From: Fibrobacter sp. | GTDB lineage: Bacteria > Fibrobacterota > Chitinivibrionia > Chitinivibrionales > Chitinispirillaceae | Direction of reading: 5' to 3' | DNA: 46,880 bases | Assembly (NCBI GenBank): GCA_012523595.1 | Contig: JAAYIG010000097.1 | Location: forward strand, 1 to 46,880 | Part shown: positions 44,931 to 46,880 of the stretch, piece after piece | Position numbering within the stretch: position 1 is the stretch's first letter | Layout: the number at the start of each line of letters is the position of its first letter | Notes under the pieces: model-generated | Seen by the model: the letters and a program-made list of their open reading frames with translations, nothing else | The model's database searches: none | Told to the model about the DNA's origin: nothing | Program-made: the position numbers and the translations under genes

Positions 44931-46382
44931 CTAATAATCCAGCAATCTCTTTTCACCCTCCAGTTTCCTGATTTCAGTCACATCCTGAGAAACTTCGAGA
45001 CATCCCCTGTAAGCCGACGATGAGTCACGAAGGGCGAAGTAACGTATATGAATAAACTTTCCATGCAACTGAATCCAGAACTCAGCCACATCCTTTTTTC
45101 CTGCCCGGAAATCATCAAGGATCTGCTGAACAATCGAAACACTCTTGGGAGGATGACATTTCTGTACTTTACGTCCAATAACACCTGCACTGCGCGGGAA
45201 AATTCTCTCCGGTGTATCAGAGTAATAGACGACCTCATCGTTCTCATTCACAAAAGAGATATCAACCGGCAGATGACGGAGCATAAGATTCACCTGCTCA
45301 ACAGTTAAAAATCCGGTATCAAGCTTCATCTTTCCTGAGGTTTCCTCAGGGCTCTTTTCTACCGCCGAAACATTAACCGACCCAGGCGACACTATCCAGG
45401 CATACCCGATCTCCTCTTCACCTCTCTTTACCCTGTCCCACTCCTCACTACTTAAAATCTCAACAGCCAGAGGATAAAGGATATGCTCTTCTTTGTAAAT
45501 CATATCCCTGATAGTCTGAATAAGTTCCCGGGTCCTGACCACAAATTCTGCTGCTTTATCTGTGGCAAGCAGTTCCAGCGCATTTTTAACCATCGCCCGG
45601 ATATCATCATGCAACACCCACATAACCTGCGATGGCCCGGAAATATCGTGCTTCTCCAGAACTGGAAAGAGCTGGTTTTCCTTACGCAGGTAATGAAGAT
45701 CAATTTTCTTCAGACTCAATAAGAGATTTTCAAGATCACCACGATTCTTATTATAGGTATCACTGTCGGGGGCATCCCCGATCCGGTTAATGATCTCTTC
45801 TATTTTACTCATCAGTTCCTCAGATGCCCTGTTCTCAAGCATCAGGGTATGTACAGGATGCCCCTCAGGCATCACCGGAGCATCCTTAGCCTCCAGAGAT
45901 TCCTTGAACACCTGCACATGCACATCACAGAGCCTCTTGACCTCACTCTCCGGCATCCCCTCTTCAATCAGACGCTGCTCCATCCGGGAAATCTCCGATG
46001 CATCTATGTCACGGATCAGTTCCTGAAAGCGTTTCTTAACACTCTGCAGATCAGCTCCGTCATGAAGGTCACGGATAATATCTTTAAGAACCTCCTGACG
46101 CGCCTGAGAGTCGGTCAACCCTTCCACTTTTCCTTCATCAGAGCGGTTAACCTTTGTACCAGTACGTTTTTCGATTTCAGAAGCCACTTTTTCCACCAGG
46201 GCATCAGGAGAGATACCGGCAATCGAAGCAGCCTGGGCCAGGGTAGCCACACTTCCCACGGTTTTCAGTGCCACAGGATTTTTAAGCAGTTTAAACCTGG
46301 GGGAGACTCCGAGGAGAAAATCCAGCATAAAATCGTAGCGATCAAGCAGTTCCTTTACCTTTGTTCCTTTTGAGATTTGCAT
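44931..46382 (-). CDS. DUF1858-hemerythrin-like-DUF438/PAS multidomain sensor protein (COG2461-like)
   Basis: 483-aa ORF. It has an N-terminal DUF1858-like segment (MQISKGTKVKELLDRYDFMLDFLLGVSPRFKLL…), a His/Glu-rich central region and a PAS-like C-terminus. Confidence 0.55.
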   Translation of the reverse strand: MQISKGTKVKELLDRYDFMLDFLLGVSPRFKLLKNPVALKTVGSVATLAQAASIAGISPDALVEKVASEIEKRTGTKVNRSDEGKVEGLTDSQARQEVLKDIIRDLHDGADLQSVKKRFQELIRDIDASEISRMEQRLIEEGMPESEVKRLCDVHVQVFKESLEAKDAPVMPEGHPVHTLMLENRASEELMSKIEEIINRIGDAPDSDTYNKNRGDLENLLLSLKKIDLHYLRKENQLFPVLEKHDISGPSQVMWVLHDDIRAMVKNALELLATDKAAEFVVRTRELIQTIRDMIYKEEHILYPLAVEILSSEEWDRVKRGEEEIGYAWIVSPGSVNVSAVEKSPEETSGKMKLDTGFLTVEQVNLMLRHLPVDISFVNENDEVVYYSDTPERIFPRSAGVIGRKVQKCHPPKSVSIVQQILDDFRAGKKDVAEFWIQLHGKFIHIRYFALRDSSSAYRGCLEVSQDVTEIRKLEGEKRLLDY

Positions 46383-46678
46383 CAGACCTCAGCCCTGGTT
46401 AAGGTTAATTTTTATGTAACAGTTTACAGACTCAGGAAAACAGAAACACTAAATATATTAAATTTCTTTCTGTTCTACCTTTTAAACCGAGATTAGAGAT
46501 GAAAATAGCCCGGAATATCATGATTAAGAGATGGTTAACTGATTTTGATGAGGGAGATGGGTTTTCATTGTTCTAATTTGTATGGGAATTCTATGCACAA
46601 AGGGAGATTAAAGTATAGAGTCTGGACTGATGGTACATGAAGGATGATGCTTAGTTCAATTTGGAAATTGACAGGTTA

Positions 46679-46702
46679 ATGTGTCACCTCCGGGGTGAAA
46701 AA
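46679..46702 (+). repeat. 24-nt direct repeat TGTGTCACCTCCGGGGTGAAAAAA, copy 1 (second copy at 46857-46880, the window end)
   Basis: Exact identity between the two copies, which are 178 bp apart. It contains the CACC-TCCGG-GGTG micro-palindrome. Confidence 0.7.
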
Positions 46703-46880
46703 ATGAAATTGCAGGGGACGGACTTTCTTTTTCCTTTTTGTGAAATTGAAGAAGATGATAACCACCTTAAGGGGGAATTCTCAATTTGATTAAATCGATC
46801 TGGGGATGATTTCTGGATATGAGAAAAGGTGTTCAATTGAAAAATCGTTTAGTCGCTGTGTCACCTCCGGGGTGAAAAAA

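Noticed and set aside
46679-46880. Possible CRISPR array at the window end (24-nt exact direct repeat)
   Set aside because: Only two copies are visible and they are 178 bp apart, far longer than CRISPR spacers. The intervening sequence shares boxes with other intergenic repeats. No cas genes are present. A CRISPR cannot be fully excluded, because the window ends inside the second copy.
1-46880. Mobile genetic element, prophage or defense island
   Set aside because: No transposase, integrase, recombinase, phage structural gene, toxin-antitoxin, restriction-modification or cas gene was recognised. The repeats are short and non-coding. No composition break was evident by eye.

Overview
This 46.9-kb window looks like bacterial chromosome, with about 39 protein-coding genes at roughly one per 1.2 kb, one tRNA gene, and no transposase, integrase, cas gene or rRNA.

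The gene content suggests an FCB-group bacterium, possibly Fibrobacteres-like. The pointers are a TIGR02147-family protein, an ExbB-ExbD-ExbD-TonB operon, and many secreted PKD-repeat and right-handed beta-helix proteins. That attribution is inference.

Recognisable genes:
- A GT4 glycosyltransferase, an FAD oxidoreductase and a ferritin-like di-iron protein.
- An aldo/keto reductase with a fused 4Fe-4S domain, translationally linked to a MATE efflux pump.
- A cadC/cadA-like ArsR regulator plus P1B-type heavy-metal ATPase.
- An acyltransferase-3 / alpha/beta-hydrolase / VanX-like D-Ala-D-Ala dipeptidase cluster.
- A GyrI-like protein with an upstream LexA-type palindrome, a hemerythrin-like protein and UvdE.
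- A 1255-aa PKD-repeat surface protein with a coupled beta-helix partner and a divergent Hanks-type Ser/Thr kinase.
- A complete selC(tRNA-Sec)-selA-selB cluster.
- Two tandem GH57 glycoside hydrolases.
- An orphan receiver domain, CutA, a secreted C39-like peptidase and an SPFH protein.
- A Crp-family regulator coupled to a beta-helix protein.
- A TonB-dependent receptor with an N-terminal TonB C-terminal domain.
- A DUF1858/hemerythrin/DUF438 sensor protein.

No large unannotated coding region exists, so a complete novel protein-coding system is not apparent. The most unusual content is non-coding. Almost every longer intergenic region carries short structured repeats that belong to a few related families:
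1. Arrays of 3-5 copies of a 9-bp-phased TGATT motif, usually starting with the 12-mer ACCACTGATTAA. All have the same strand orientation, and twice the array supplies a gene's stop codon.
2. An inverted pair of 8-bp-phased (GTACGAnn)n / (nnTCGTAC)n arrays.
3. CACC-N3-5-GGTG micro-palindromes embedded in larger composite repeat units, including a 16-mer shared between 32.1 kb and 46.8 kb.
4. A roughly 60-90-bp palindromic mini-element present in opposite orientations at both ends of a 30-kb interval.
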